Shown here: positions 54,491-64,000 of the stretch, in pieces
Layout: each line of letters starts with the position of its first letter
Position numbering within the stretch: position 1 is the first letter of the stretch
DNA from: Candidatus Fraserbacteria bacterium
Lineage (GTDB): Bacteria > Bipolaricaulota > Bipolaricaulia > RBG-16-55-9 > DRXL01
Length of the DNA stretch: 64,000 nucleotides
NCBI GenBank assembly: GCA_947085185.1
Contig: CAMTVK010000003.1
Location: 964-64,963, forward strand
Reading direction: 5' to 3'
The notes under the pieces: generated by a model
What the model was told of the DNA's origin: nothing
The model's input: only the letters and a program-made list of their open reading frames with translations
The model's database searches: none
Translations under genes and position numbers: made by a program

Positions 54491-56047
54491 CTATTTCTTC
54501 GCTTCTTCAGACTTGACCCCGATCTTGCTCAACAGCCCACTGATGTCCAACCCCAGCGCTTGAGCTGCTTGCATCACGTTGAACATCGTCGTCGGGACGG
54601 TATTCGCCAGACGACTGAGCGTGTTCGCGCCATCGGGGGAGCCACCGCTGTCGAGCATCACGAGTTTATCTATATTGCCCAACGGGGCCGCGACAGCTCC
54701 GGCGACCGGAGCGAACGCTTTGATCACATCGGGCAGTCTCTCGAGCACGAGCATCGTCTTGGCGGACTCGTCGAGCTTCGCGAACGCCTCGGCTTTTTTC
54801 AGAGCGCCCTCGGCTTCGGCTAAGAGCTTGGCTTTGGTCCCCTCAGCTTCGGCCAAGAGCTTGGCTTTAGTGCCTTCGGCTTCGGCCAAGAGCTTGGCTT
54901 TGGTGCCTTCGGCTTCGGCCAAGAGCTTGGCGCGCATGGCGTCGGCCTCGCCAATGCCCTCCAGCGCTAAGCGCTGCTTCTCCGCGTCGGCAATGACGAT
55001 GATCGCCGTCTTGCGGCCTTCGGCCTCTAAGATCTCTTTCTGTTTGGTTGCTTCGGCTTGCAAGATGATCTGCTGTCTTTGGGCTTCGGCGGGCTTGATC
55101 ACCTCGGCTAAGAGCTGGCGCTCGCGCCGGATCGCCTCGGCTTCAGCCACTTCGATCTGCTTCTTCGTGCGCACGTATTCGACTTGAACTTCTTGTTCGA
55201 CGACCTCTTGACGGGCCTTCGCTTCGGCCAGCGGGCCGGCTTGACGGGCTTTGGCTTGTTGGGCTTGGACTTCTGCTTCAAATTGGGCTCTCTTCACATC
55301 GCGCTCTTTTTCGGCTTGGGCGATGAGCGCCAGATTCTCATTCTCGCGCTCTTTGGCCTCGCGCAGCGCCGTGCTCGATTTGATGATGGCTTCGCGCTCG
55401 GCTTCCGCTTCCCCAATGCGCGCATCACGCTTGACTTCCGCCGTGCGCTTCTTGCCCAGCGCTTCGATATACCCCTCAGAGTCCCAGATCTTCTGAATCG
55501 TCAAGACGTCCACGCCCAGGCCGATCTTGGCCAAGTCTGCCGCGGCCTCCATCAGAACTTCTTGATTGAACTTGGCGCGATCCCGCACGATCTCTTCGAC
55601 CGTCAGCCGCCCGATGATCGAGCGCAGATGGCCCTCTAAATTTTTATAGGCGATCTGCTTAATATCGTCCAAGCTGCGCCCAAGAAATCTCTCCGCGGCG
55701 GCGATGAGCGACTCCTCATCGTTGCGGATCTTGACGTTCGCAACGGCCTGAGCGCTGACGAGCACCCCGTCTTTGTTGGGCATGTCCCGCACTTCTAGAT
55801 CGATGGGGAAGATCGTGAGATCGAGATACGTGACGCTCTCGATGACCGGCCACTTGAGCGCGGCGCCCCCGGTCACGAGGCGAAAACCGATCACTTTGCC
55901 GTCGGGCGTGCGGTGCTTGCGCCCGTAGAAGACCGCCACTTTGTTCGGGGGCACTTTGATATAATTGCGCACCGCGGTCATCACGACCACCAGCATGATC
56001 AACGCGATGAGCACCAGCAAGAACGGCAACGTCGTCAGTCCGAACAT
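54491..56047 (-). CDS. Flotillin-like SPFH/band-7 protein
   Basis: N-terminal TM + SPFH domain, long EA-rich coiled coil with KLLAEAEGTKA repeats. Confidence 0.85.
   Translation of the reverse strand: MFGLTTLPFLLVLIALIMLVVVMTAVRNYIKVPPNKVAVFYGRKHRTPDGKVIGFRLVTGGAALKWPVIESVTYLDLTIFPIDLEVRDMPNKDGVLVSAQAVANVKIRNDEESLIAAAERFLGRSLDDIKQIAYKNLEGHLRSIIGRLTVEEIVRDRAKFNQEVLMEAAADLAKIGLGVDVLTIQKIWDSEGYIEALGKKRTAEVKRDARIGEAEAEREAIIKSSTALREAKERENENLALIAQAEKERDVKRAQFEAEVQAQQAKARQAGPLAEAKARQEVVEQEVQVEYVRTKKQIEVAEAEAIRRERQLLAEVIKPAEAQRQQIILQAEATKQKEILEAEGRKTAIIVIADAEKQRLALEGIGEADAMRAKLLAEAEGTKAKLLAEAEGTKAKLLAEAEGTKAKLLAEAEGALKKAEAFAKLDESAKTMLVLERLPDVIKAFAPVAGAVAAPLGNIDKLVMLDSGGSPDGANTLSRLANTVPTTMFNVMQAAQALGLDISGLLSKIGVKSEEAKK
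54812..54936. repeat. 33-bp tandem repeat x~4 within flotillin gene
   Basis: ggcttcggccaagagcttggctttggtgccttc units seen directly. Confidence 0.8.
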
Positions 56048-56068
56048 ACGCGTTCCTCCTTCTTGAAT

Positions 56069-56578
56069 TTATATCACCGGCTCGACGAGCACGACGTCCC
56101 CTTGAACTTCTCTAATACGAACGATGGCCCCTTCAGGGATCGCTTGGCGGTTCTGAGAGCGCGCCAACCGCCGAGTCGTCTGGGCCTTGACGGTGCAGCT
56201 CACTTCCCCCAAGCCGTCGGGGGGAATGGCAACCGTGACGCGCCCGGTCAGGCCGAGTAAGTCCCTGTCTTCGATGAGCGAGCTCGCTTCTTGAGAGCGC
56301 ATCAGGTGCATCGCCCCAAGATAGATGCCGCTCATCGCCACCCCGGCAACCACCCCCCACAGCGAGCTGAGCAACGCCGAGAGATTATAGTATCGCGCGA
56401 TCGCCCCCACCGTCCCAAACGCCGTCAAAAAGACTGCTATAGACCGTAAGCTCAGAAAGTGCGGCCCACCGCCCTCAACCTCAGGAGCAGCTTCGATATC
56501 GTCGCCAAAGACCCCAAAGAACGCCGAGATCACCAGCAGCACCAGGCCGATGCCAGCAAGCACGACAAAGACGAACAT
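56069..56578 (-). CDS. NfeD-like membrane protein (short form, flotillin partner)
   Basis: N-terminal TM helices + C-terminal OB-fold-like domain; upstream of flotillin in same orientation. Confidence 0.7.
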   Translation of the reverse strand: MFVFVVLAGIGLVLLVISAFFGVFGDDIEAAPEVEGGGPHFLSLRSIAVFLTAFGTVGAIARYYNLSALLSSLWGVVAGVAMSGIYLGAMHLMRSQEASSLIEDRDLLGLTGRVTVAIPPDGLGEVSCTVKAQTTRRLARSQNRQAIPEGAIVRIREVQGDVVLVEPVI

Positions 56579-56650
56579 GGTGCCTACCTCCCTTGCTCAC
56601 TCAGAGATCTTAGCGGATCGAGCTCTCTGGGGGCAAGTGCGAAAGAGACG

Positions 56651-56676
56651 CGGGGCGACTGGGTCGGTCGCCCCGG
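56651..56676 (-). terminator. Hairpin GGGGCGAC-N7-GTCGCCCC downstream of guaB
   Basis: Inverted repeat seen; followed on minus strand by TCTCTTTCG and then candidate nfeD promoter TTGCCC-N18-TAAGAT. Confidence 0.35.
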
Positions 56677-56915
56677 TGGGGGAGATTGGGAGGGGAGGGA
56701 GGGGGGCGACCCCTTCAAAGCCGCTGGGGAAAAATCCCCGCCCCGGAGGCAAGGAACGGGGCAAAACCCTGGCGGCCGCTGCGAACCCGCAGGCCGGGGT
56801 CGCCTCAGCACCCAAAGGAGGTCTCTAATATACTCTCGAACCCGCCATCCAGTTTTTATAATAACGGACTTTACTCGGGGCTATTATACTCAAGAGCAGG
56901 GGCGCGTGCAAGGGG

Positions 56916-58373
56916 TCAGCCCTCGTCGCCAAATCTGTAATTAGGGGCTTCTTTGGTGATCTGGACGTCGTGGGGGTGGCTCTCGATGAGGGCCGCGCGG
57001 GTGATCTGGATGAACTCTGCGGTCTTCTGAAGTGTGGGGATATCGGGGGCGCCGCAGTAGCCCATGGCGACTTTGACGCCCCCAACTAATTGATAGAGCA
57101 CGTCGGCGACCTTGCCGCGATAGCGCACGCGGCCCTCGACCCCCTCGGCGATGGGTTCTTGGGAATCGTCCCAAAAATAGCGACGATCTCCAGGGGGGGC
57201 GGCCTTGAGCGCCCCTACTGACCCCATCCCCCTATAGGTCTTATAAGCCTCACCCTTGAGGGTGAAGAGCTCGCCGGGAGCTTCTTCGGTGCCGGCAAGG
57301 AGCGCGCCGATCATCACGGCATTGGCGCCCGCCGCCAACGCTTTGGCGATGTCTCCAGAGGAGCGAATCCCCCCGTCAGCAATGATGGGAATACGAGCGT
57401 GTTGAGCGACTTGAGCGCACTCTAATACGGCGGAGAGCTGGGGGACGCCGACCCCGCTGATGACGCGGGTCGTGCAGATCGAGCCGCCGCCGATACCGAC
57501 TTTGACGGCGTCGGCCCCGGCGTCGATGAGCGCTCTTGTTCCGTCAGCGGTGGCGACATTGCCCGCGATCACGTCAATGGGAAAGTGTCTCTTGAGCGCC
57601 CGTACCTTCTCGAGGACGCGCGCGCTGTGCCCATGTGCCGTGTCCACGACGAACACGTCTACTCCGGCTTCTATGAGCAGCTGCTCGCGCTCCATATCGA
57701 GCGACGTGCCTACGGCCGCGCCGCAGAGCAGGCGCCCATGGCGATCCTTGCAGGCATTGGGGAATTTCTCAGCTTTTTTGAGGTCTTTGATGGTGATCAG
57801 TCCGCAGAGCCGGAACTTCTCGTCAACGAGCGGGAGTTTTTCTATGCGATGCTCTTGTAAGATTCTTTTGGCTTCTTCGAGGGTGACTGTGGGCGGCGCG
57901 GTGATGAGTCTCTCTTTGGGGGTCATGCGCTGGGAGATTGGGGCATCGAGGTCCTCTTGAAGCTGCAGATCTCTGATAGTGATCAGCCCCTCGAGGACTT
58001 TTGTCTTGGGGTCAACGATAGGCACGCCAGAGATATTATGTTCGGCCATGAGGCGCAGCGCTCTGCCGACGGGCTCGTCTTTTGTCAGCGTCCAGGGATC
58101 TTTGATGATCCCGGCTTCGTAGCGTTTGACTTTACGGACCTCTTCGGCTTGTTGTTCGGGGGTGAGATTGCGATGAATAATCCCCAGGCCCCCTTCTTTG
58201 GCCATGGCGATGGCCATTGGGGCTTCGGTGACCGTGTCCATGGCCGCGCTGATGATGGGGATCGCAAGCTCGATATTCTTGGTCAGCTTGGTGGAGAGAT
58301 TCACTTCGTGGGGCAAGACTTGGGAATACTTTGGGACAAGCAGCACATCATCGAATGTGAATGCGAGCTTCAC
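56916..58373 (-). CDS. guaB: IMP dehydrogenase
   Basis: Colinear IMPDH pattern with CBS pair and [11 protein letters not shown] catalytic loop. Confidence 0.9.
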   Translation of the reverse strand: MKLAFTFDDVLLVPKYSQVLPHEVNLSTKLTKNIELAIPIISAAMDTVTEAPMAIAMAKEGGLGIIHRNLTPEQQAEEVRKVKRYEAGIIKDPWTLTKDEPVGRALRLMAEHNISGVPIVDPKTKVLEGLITIRDLQLQEDLDAPISQRMTPKERLITAPPTVTLEEAKRILQEHRIEKLPLVDEKFRLCGLITIKDLKKAEKFPNACKDRHGRLLCGAAVGTSLDMEREQLLIEAGVDVFVVDTAHGHSARVLEKVRALKRHFPIDVIAGNVATADGTRALIDAGADAVKVGIGGGSICTTRVISGVGVPQLSAVLECAQVAQHARIPIIADGGIRSSGDIAKALAAGANAVMIGALLAGTEEAPGELFTLKGEAYKTYRGMGSVGALKAAPPGDRRYFWDDSQEPIAEGVEGRVRYRGKVADVLYQLVGGVKVAMGYCGAPDIPTLQKTAEFIQITRAALIESHPHDVQITKEAPNYRFGDEG

Positions 58374-58443
58374 CGTGATCCCTCCCGTGCTCGCTTTGGT
58401 CTATTATACAGGGTTTCTTCCAGGGTGCAATATAATAAGAGTT

Positions 58444-58902
58444 ATGATAGAGATCTTGACGGTGCTGTTTCTGGCGGCGCTGCCTGGGCTGGAGCTGCGC
58501 GGTGCGATCCCTGTAGCGATTGGGGTCTACGGGTTCGACCCGGTGACGGCGTATATAGTCGGGGTGCTGGGGAATCTGCTGCCGGTGCCGATCTTACTCA
58601 AGCTCTTGGGGCCGGTGACGGCTCTGGTGCGTCGGTTTTCGGTGCTCGATCGTCTTATGGACTGGCTCTTTGCCCACACAAGGGCAAGACATGGGGCGCG
58701 GATTGCGCGTGTGGGGGCAGGAGCGCTGGTGCTCTTTGTGGCGGTGCCCTTGCCGGCGACGGGGGCATGGACGGGAGCGCTGATCGCGCACGTCTTTGGG
58801 ATTCCGTTCCGATACGCGTTTCCGTTGATCGCTCTTGGGGTGGGGATCGCCGGGATAGTGGTGACGCTGGCGACGATGGGAGTGATAAGGCTCTTCTTTT
58901 AG
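58444..58902 (+). CDS. Small multidrug-export-like membrane protein (COG2426-like)
   Basis: 152 aa, 4 TM; TATAAT at 58431-58436 only 7 nt before ATG (leaderless); ORF-track N-terminal extension overlaps guaB. Confidence 0.55.
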   Translation: MIEILTVLFLAALPGLELRGAIPVAIGVYGFDPVTAYIVGVLGNLLPVPILLKLLGPVTALVRRFSVLDRLMDWLFAHTRARHGARIARVGAGALVLFVAVPLPATGAWTGALIAHVFGIPFRYAFPLIALGVGIAGIVVTLATMGVIRLFF

Positions 58903-59465
58903 GTATGCCCTTCCAAGACCTCCTCGATAGTCAGCTCTAGGGAGATAGGCTGCGCCGTAAGGGTCTGGCCGCGCCCTAGGATCTGACTCTGCTGATAGCC
59001 TTCTGGGTGAGGGTCTCGATAGACCTCGATCTGCCCCTGTGTTACATCTACGATCCAGACTTCGGGGATGCCCGCGCGGGCATAGATGGGGAGCTTCACA
59101 CGCCGATCGAACTCCCCCGAAGTCTCGCAGACTTCTATGATGAGCAAGACATCTTTGGGAGTGGGGTGCTCGGCGCTGTAGAAATCCTGACGAAACGCAA
59201 GCACCGCCAGATCGGGCTGGGGCTCAGAGTGCTCGCTCAGACGGATTGGGTCCTGCACACTAATAATAAAATGCCCTCCCAGCTTCCGAGTGAGTAAGTC
59301 GTTGAGGCGCTTGACACAGCTTGCATGACGACTGCTGATAGGGCTCATCTGGACGATCTCTCCCTCCACGAGCTCCACGCGATCATCCTCGGAGAGAATA
59401 CCGGCTTGCGCCATCCGATGGTACTCGGCAACCGTGAACAATCGCTTGGGGATCTGGACGGCCAT
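58899..59465 (-). CDS. Uma2-family (DUF820) endonuclease-like protein
   Basis: FTVAEYHRMAQAGI…LVEGEI…PDLAV pattern typical of Uma2. Confidence 0.8.
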   Translation of the reverse strand: MAVQIPKRLFTVAEYHRMAQAGILSEDDRVELVEGEIVQMSPISSRHASCVKRLNDLLTRKLGGHFIISVQDPIRLSEHSEPQPDLAVLAFRQDFYSAEHPTPKDVLLIIEVCETSGEFDRRVKLPIYARAGIPEVWIVDVTQGQIEVYRDPHPEGYQQSQILGRGQTLTAQPISLELTIEEVLEGHT

Positions 59466-59491
59466 GGCGTCACCTCTAGCTTATTATACTC

Positions 59492-61936
59492 TTATGCTGG
59501 GACGGAAGCGACCGAGGCCTCACCCACGGTGATCACGAAGCGTCCCTCTTGGGCGTCTACGCGAACGGTGTCGCCTTCTTTGAGCTTGTTTTCGACGATC
59601 TGCAGCGCGAGCTCGTTCTCAATCTCTTCTTGGATGACTCTCTGCAGGGGCCGCGCCCCATAGAGCGGGTCATACCCCTTCTCAGCCAAGAGTGCCTTGG
59701 CCGCATCGCTGACTTCAAGGGCGATCTCTTTTTCCGCGAGCTTCTTGCGCACAGATTTTAACTTCAGCTCCACAATCTCCAAGAGATTCTCTTTGGACAG
59801 CGGCCGGAAGACGATAACCCCATCAAGTCTGTTGAGAAACTCCGGACGGAAGAACCTCTTCACCTCGCCCAAGACTCGTTCCTTGATCTCTTGATAGGAG
59901 CGCTCGTGAGCGTCGTCCTTTTCGCTGACAAAGCCCAGCTGCGTCGTCTTGGAGACGATCTGCTCACTGCCCAAGTTGCTCGTCATCAAGATCAGAGTGT
60001 TCTTGAAGTCCACGGTGCGCCCGTGGCCGTCGGTGAGCCGCCCGTCGTCTAAGACCTGGAGCAAGATATTGAAGACGTCTCTGTGGGCTTTTTCGATCTC
60101 GTCGAAGAGTATGACTCTATAGGGCTTTCTGCGCACCGCTTCGGTGAGCTGGCCCCCTTCTTCGTAGCCCACGTAGCCAGGGGGAGCCCCAATGAGCTTG
60201 GCGACCGAGTGCGGCTCCATAAACTCGGACATATCGAATCGTAAGAGCGCAGTCTCGTCGCCAAAGAGCGCCTCAGCCAGAGCTTTTGCCAGCTCGGTCT
60301 TGCCCACGCCGCTGGGCCCCAAGAACAAGAAGCTCCCTGCCGGACGCTTTGGGTCTTTTAAGCCGGCGCGGGCGCGGCGCACCGCTTGGGCCACGGCTGT
60401 GACGGCGTCGTTTTGGTCAATGACTCTGCGATGGAGACGCTCTTCGAGCTTGGCCAATCTTTCGCGTTCTTCCTCGAACATCTGCTCGACGGGGATGCCC
60501 GTCCACAGCGCGACCGTCTCGGCGATCTCCCGCTCGGTGACGATGGGCTCACGCTGGACGCGCTCGCGCTGCTCCGCTTCGCGTTGGGCGCGCTCCGCTT
60601 GGAGTCTTTCAAGCTCCCTCTGGAGCTGCTGAGCTGTCTTGGGGTCGGCGTTCGTGATCCGCCCTTCGAGAAGCTTAATCTTTTCTGTGATCTCTTGGAC
60701 TTCCGGGGCGAACGTCCGATCCACCCTGAGCTTGGACGCGGCTTCGTCTAGGAGATCAATCGCTTTGTCGGGTAAGAATCTGTCGGAGATATATCGCACA
60801 GAGAGCTGCGCTGCAGCGCGCAGCGCGCCGTCTGTAATTGTGACGTGGTGATGGGCCTCGAGCTTGGGGCGCAGCCCCTCTAGGATCGCGATCGTCTCAT
60901 CTACGGAGGGCTCTTCTATGAGGACTTTCTGGAAGCGCCGCTCCAGAGCCGGGTCCTGCTCGATGTGCTCTCTGTATTCGTCGAGCGTCGTCGCCCCGAT
61001 CACTTGGAACGCCCCGCGCGCTAGGACGGGCTTTAAGATATTCGACGCATCAATAGCCCCCTCGGCTGCGCCAGCTCCCACGACCGTGTGCAGCTCGTCA
61101 ATGAAGACGATCATCTTGCCTTTGGCGTTCTCGATCTCGCTGATGACGGCTTTGAGGCGTTCTTCGAACTCCCCGCGAAACTTCGTGCCCGCAACGAGCG
61201 CTGCTAAGTCCAGCTGGACCAATTCTTTCTCTTTGAGGGTCTCGGGGACGTCGCCGGCGACGATCCGTTGGGCAAGCCCCTCGACGATGGCCGTCTTGCC
61301 CACGCCGGGTTCGCCGATGAAGACGGGATTGTTCTTCTTTCTGCGCGAGAGAATCTGCACAGCCCGACGGATCTCCCGAGAGCGCCCAATGACCGGATCG
61401 AGCTTGCCCTCTCGTGCGAGCGCCGTCAGATTGACAGAGAATCTCTCTAATGCTTTATAGCGACTCTCGGCTTCTCTGTCGGTGACGCGCTGGGCACCGC
61501 GCACCTTGGAGAGCGCCTGATAGACGGCCTCGGGGGTTATACCATATTTCTGTAAGACCCTTCTGAGGGCGGTGTTGGGATCTTGGCTGATCGCAATGAG
61601 CAGATGTTCGATCCCGATGAATTCGTCCTTGAGGCGGTCCGCTTCCAGTTGGGCAGACTTCACCAACATCTCCAGCCGGGGCGTGATATAGATCTGTTGC
61701 CCCACGGTTGTGGAGACGCTCGGTTTCTCGGCCAAGAGAAGCTCTAAGTCTTTGAGCAAGCCGGGGATGGGCACCCCGATCTCTTTGAGCAGTTCTTGGC
61801 CGACGCCTTCCTTGGTGGCCAGCGTATAGAAGATGTGTTCCACATCGAGTTGGTTGTGCTTGTATCGCTCCAAGAGATCGGTCGAGTCGCGGAAGACCTC
61901 TTGGGCTTTCTCGGTGAACCGATCGAATCGGATCAT
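59492..61936 (-). CDS. clpC: ClpC/ClpB-family AAA+ chaperone (two NBDs, Clp_N repeats, short middle domain)
   Basis: Two Walker A (GEPGVGKT; GPSGVGKT), Clp_N repeats, 814 aa. Confidence 0.85.
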   Translation of the reverse strand: MIRFDRFTEKAQEVFRDSTDLLERYKHNQLDVEHIFYTLATKEGVGQELLKEIGVPIPGLLKDLELLLAEKPSVSTTVGQQIYITPRLEMLVKSAQLEADRLKDEFIGIEHLLIAISQDPNTALRRVLQKYGITPEAVYQALSKVRGAQRVTDREAESRYKALERFSVNLTALAREGKLDPVIGRSREIRRAVQILSRRKKNNPVFIGEPGVGKTAIVEGLAQRIVAGDVPETLKEKELVQLDLAALVAGTKFRGEFEERLKAVISEIENAKGKMIVFIDELHTVVGAGAAEGAIDASNILKPVLARGAFQVIGATTLDEYREHIEQDPALERRFQKVLIEEPSVDETIAILEGLRPKLEAHHHVTITDGALRAAAQLSVRYISDRFLPDKAIDLLDEAASKLRVDRTFAPEVQEITEKIKLLEGRITNADPKTAQQLQRELERLQAERAQREAEQRERVQREPIVTEREIAETVALWTGIPVEQMFEEERERLAKLEERLHRRVIDQNDAVTAVAQAVRRARAGLKDPKRPAGSFLFLGPSGVGKTELAKALAEALFGDETALLRFDMSEFMEPHSVAKLIGAPPGYVGYEEGGQLTEAVRRKPYRVILFDEIEKAHRDVFNILLQVLDDGRLTDGHGRTVDFKNTLILMTSNLGSEQIVSKTTQLGFVSEKDDAHERSYQEIKERVLGEVKRFFRPEFLNRLDGVIVFRPLSKENLLEIVELKLKSVRKKLAEKEIALEVSDAAKALLAEKGYDPLYGARPLQRVIQEEIENELALQIVENKLKEGDTVRVDAQEGRFVITVGEASVASVPA

Positions 61937-61957
61937 CTGAGCTCACTCCTCCAAAAA

Positions 61958-61984
61958 ATTAGCAGACTGTTCGTTATTCTGCTA
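61958..61984 (-). promoter_or_regulatory. CIRCE-like inverted repeat TTAGCAGAA-N9-GTCTGCTAA (minus-strand reading)
   Basis: Resembles HrcA operator TTAGCACTC-N9-GAGTGCTAA; lies between clpC -10 and RBS. Confidence 0.5.
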
Positions 61985-61985
61985 A

Positions 61986-62014
61986 ATTATAGGGGACAAA
62001 CTTCCCGGAGTCAA
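61986..62014 (-). promoter_or_regulatory. clpC promoter TTGACT-N17-TATAAT
   Basis: Hexamers seen on minus strand. Confidence 0.45.
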
Positions 62015-62030
62015 GGCCGCCTCCCCCCTC

Positions 62031-62059
62031 TTGACAATCGAGGGAGGGACGGCTATAAT
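62031..62059 (+). promoter_or_regulatory. Perfect consensus sigma70 promoter P1 TTGACA-N17-TATAAT
   Basis: Seen directly. Confidence 0.5.
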
Positions 62060-62094
62060 ACGGCCAGCAAAAAAGAGTCAGGAGGCGCTCAACC

Positions 62095-62238
62095 ATGCCA
62101 AGAAAAAAATTCGGCGCTTCCAAAGAATATACACGGGGGCAAAATCAAAAAGTGACGCTCGTCCTAGTGGGTCGTGGACATGCGGACTTGACAACCTCGC
62201 AGCGTGTAATCTATAATACGCTTTCGAGGCGGGACTAA
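62095..62238 (+). CDS. Possible 47-aa small ORF/leader peptide (MPRKKFGASKEY…) with AGGAGG RBS
   Basis: AGGAGG 8 nt before ATG, immediately downstream of P1; P2 embedded in it. Confidence 0.25.
   Translation: MPRKKFGASKEYTRGQNQKVTLVLVGRGHADLTTSQRVIYNTLSRRD
62188..62217 (+). promoter_or_regulatory. Perfect consensus sigma70 promoter P2 TTGACA-N18-TATAAT
   Basis: Seen directly, ~60 nt upstream of SLH gene ATG. Confidence 0.5.
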
Positions 62239-62278
62239 AACCCGAGGAGGTTGGGCAAACGAACTCGGGGAGGTAGAG

Positions 62279-62938
62279 ATGAAGAGTCTCAAAGTCGTGA
62301 GCCTGGGGCTGATGGTTGTGAGCGTGGGGCTATTGGCGTTGGCCGATGGACAGCCCAAGCAGCCCACTCCGTCCAAGCCCACCGTCCAGCGCGGTTCGAT
62401 CTTTGTGGACGTTCCCGCAGGTCACTATGCTGCTAGTGATTTGAAGTTTTTGGTGGAGCGCGGCATCATCACCGGGTTGCCCAACGGGGAATTCCAGGGC
62501 ACCAAGGCCCTCACTCGCTACGACGCCGCCATGCTCATCGCCCGGGCTATAAGATACTTACAGAACGACCCGGAGAAGATCCAGCCGGCAGATCTCAAGA
62601 TCCTGCAAGACTTGATCTTCAAGCTCTCAGAGCGCGTGCAGTCGCTGGACAAGCTCGAGCAAGATGTGGCGGCCCTCAAGAGCCGACCGACAAGCGACAG
62701 CAGCGCGGATGTGACGGCGCTCAAGGAGAAGCTCAGCCGGTCTGAGGCGCAGCTTGCCAGCCTCCAAAACCAAGTGCAGAATCTCAAGAGCGAGCTGCAG
62801 CAGGCCAAAGCCGCCTCCGGAGGCGTCGTCCCCGACGAGGTCGAGGCGCTGCGCCGCCAGGTCAATAATAGTCTCTTGATCGCGGCGTTTGCTGCGCTCG
62901 CTGGCGTTGTCGCGGTGATCTGGGCCATTGTGACCTAA
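62279..62938 (+). CDS. SLH-domain protein with coiled coil and C-terminal TM anchor
   Basis: Signal peptide; SLH motif FVDVPAGHYAASDLKFLVERGIITG…TRYDAAMLIARA; C-terminal hydrophobic helix. Confidence 0.8.
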   Translation: MKSLKVVSLGLMVVSVGLLALADGQPKQPTPSKPTVQRGSIFVDVPAGHYAASDLKFLVERGIITGLPNGEFQGTKALTRYDAAMLIARAIRYLQNDPEKIQPADLKILQDLIFKLSERVQSLDKLEQDVAALKSRPTSDSSADVTALKEKLSRSEAQLASLQNQVQNLKSELQQAKAASGGVVPDEVEALRRQVNNSLLIAAFAALAGVVAVIWAIVT

Positions 62939-63101
62939 GCGTGCCGGCCCCGGCCAAGCAAGACTCAAGCGCCGGGTTTGGTGAGAGCAAAAACCCAAAA
63001 AGGAGGTGGTCGCCAAGCTGGGGGAGAACACAAAAAACCAACGGCAGAGTCGTGCGTTCGTGCGTACGTCGAAAACCGAGTAAAAAAGGAGGTTTCTGTA
63101 C

Positions 63102-64000
63102 ATGTTTAGAAGATTGCTCGTTCTGACTTGTGCGCTCGCAGTTGTGAGTGCGCTTTCGTGGGGAGCGAACGCTGCTCCTGTCAGCGGGAGCTTCGCCATT
63201 GACATCGTCTTCTACCCGCAAGCTCCGATCACCAAGGTCGACCTCATCAATATGAAGTTTGAGGCCGACCTGATCTTGACGCTCTCGATCAGCGGCATAG
63301 ATATCACCAGCACCACGGTCTTCACCTTCCTGGGATTGGAGTATCAATCGTTCGTGATCAGCGCCACGTTGGGTGCCTTGACCATCAAGGACACGATCAT
63401 CTTCTCGCCGACGTTCTTTGAGTTCGAGGAGCTGCGCGACCAGTACGGACGGGTGCGCTATTGCTTACAACTCTCCCTGCCCAGCTTTGCCGGTACCCCA
63501 GCGGACTGTACCTTCCCGGCCTACCCCAACCTGAACGCGGGTATACTTGATCCCGACTTTGGGTTCGTGGGCTTCCATGATATCTTTCTGGGCGGGATTC
63601 ACCCCGTCTCCCAGAACTTGATATTGGCCCGCTGGATCCAGGGGACCAATGCGCTCAACAACACCATCCGGTTCCGCAAGAAGATCGCGGATCTATCACT
63701 CAACATCGCCGGGTTGGTCCTCAACGTCAAGGCGCTCTTTGCCAACGTTGCTTCGACTGACACTGGCTTCAGCTTGCTCAGCGGCTTGGTCCTGGCAATG
63801 GAGGGCAAGACGGTCAGCGGCGTGGGCGTGCGCGGGGAGCTGTGGCTGGGCGCCAAGCAGGGGTTGGAGTGCTTCGGCGAGTGCAAGCCCCTGGAGCGCT
63901 TCTTCAACCAGATGGTCACCGGCGGCGGCTTCAATAACGTTGAGGAGGAGAAGCTCTTCCTCACCAATGTCCAGATCGCCGGCATCCGCCACGACCTGCG
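63102..64000 (+). CDS. Partial (3' end beyond window) secreted hypothetical protein
   Basis: AAGGAGG RBS, signal peptide MFRRLLVLTCALAVVSALSWGANA; open frame to window end (manual translation). Confidence 0.6.
   Translation, partial: MFRRLLVLTCALAVVSALSWGANAAPVSGSFAIDIVFYPQAPITKVDLINMKFEADLILTLSISGIDITSTTVFTFLGLEYQSFVISATLGALTIKDTIIFSPTFFEFEELRDQYGRVRYCLQLSLPSFAGTPADCTFPAYPNLNAGILDPDFGFVGFHDIFLGGIHPVSQNLILARWIQGTNALNNTIRFRKKIADLSLNIAGLVLNVKALFANVASTDTGFSLLSGLVLAMEGKTVSGVGVRGELWLGAKQGLECFGECKPLERFFNQMVTGGGFNNVEEEKLFLTNVQIAGIRHDL

Noticed and set aside
54579-55187. 202-aa ORF antisense to flotillin with ASAKSLALVPS repeats
   Set aside because: It is a mirror artefact of the 33-bp coding repeats on the opposite strand.
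56820-56900. tRNA-like T-loop (GGGTTCGAGAG on minus strand)
   Set aside because: No acceptor-stem pairing or cloverleaf could be built, so this is not a tRNA.
56459-56944. ORFs in the G-rich spacer (e.g. 56459-56944, 56550-56828)
   Set aside because: These are low-complexity Gly/Arg/Pro translations of a G-rich intergenic tract with no RBS.
58198-58443. N-terminal extension of ORF 58198-58902 ([10 protein letters not shown]…)
   Set aside because: It overlaps the guaB coding region antisense. The membrane protein starts at ATG 58444 behind its own -10.

Overview
Reading all six frames, I call this a high-GC (~60%) bacterial chromosomal window of about 55 protein-coding genes, mostly on the minus strand; I found no rRNA, tRNA or CRISPR array. 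Going left to right:

(1) An AT-rich (~30-45% GC) mosaic left end holds a partial membrane-anchored protein gene and a Crp/Fnr-family regulator gene with a CRP/NtcA-type palindrome between them.
(2) A tight hdrC-hdrB-hdrA(GltD-fused)-mvhD-mvhG-mvhA operon encodes a group-3 [NiFe] hydrogenase with a heterodisulfide-reductase-like module. It is followed by an embedded bacterioferritin gene, a maturation protease, hypA and a cysteine-free Mrp/MinD ATPase that I read as an archaeal-type HypB.
(3) Then come maeB, a panB-nickel/cobalt transporter pair, and a hicB-hicA toxin-antitoxin pair.
(4) An acyl-CoA metabolism cluster contains two thiolase-like genes, two DUF35 genes, CoA-transferase subunits A and B and an acyl-CoA ligase.
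(5) Housekeeping genes follow: trxB, a GABA-type aminotransferase, a UvrD/PcrA helicase with a ThiI-like partner, hpf, rimI, a MobA-like gene, LVIVD and BNR secreted proteins, gdh and a LonC-like protease.
(6) Three consecutive paralogous secreted PKD/vWA proteins share an unrecognised ~80-residue C-terminal module, a candidate undescribed cell-surface system.
(7) The purC-purS-purQ-purL-purF-purM operon has a palindromic 39-bp repeat inserted in-frame in purL; the same palindrome recurs intergenically at 53956-53998.
(8) After that come a large SARP-NB-ARC-TPR STAND regulator, a flotillin/NfeD pair, guaB, Uma2, clpC preceded by a CIRCE-like element, an SLH-domain protein driven by two perfect-consensus sigma70 promoters, and a partial secreted protein at the right edge.

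Several genes appear to be leaderless. All functional calls are from motif recognition by eye; no database searches were possible.
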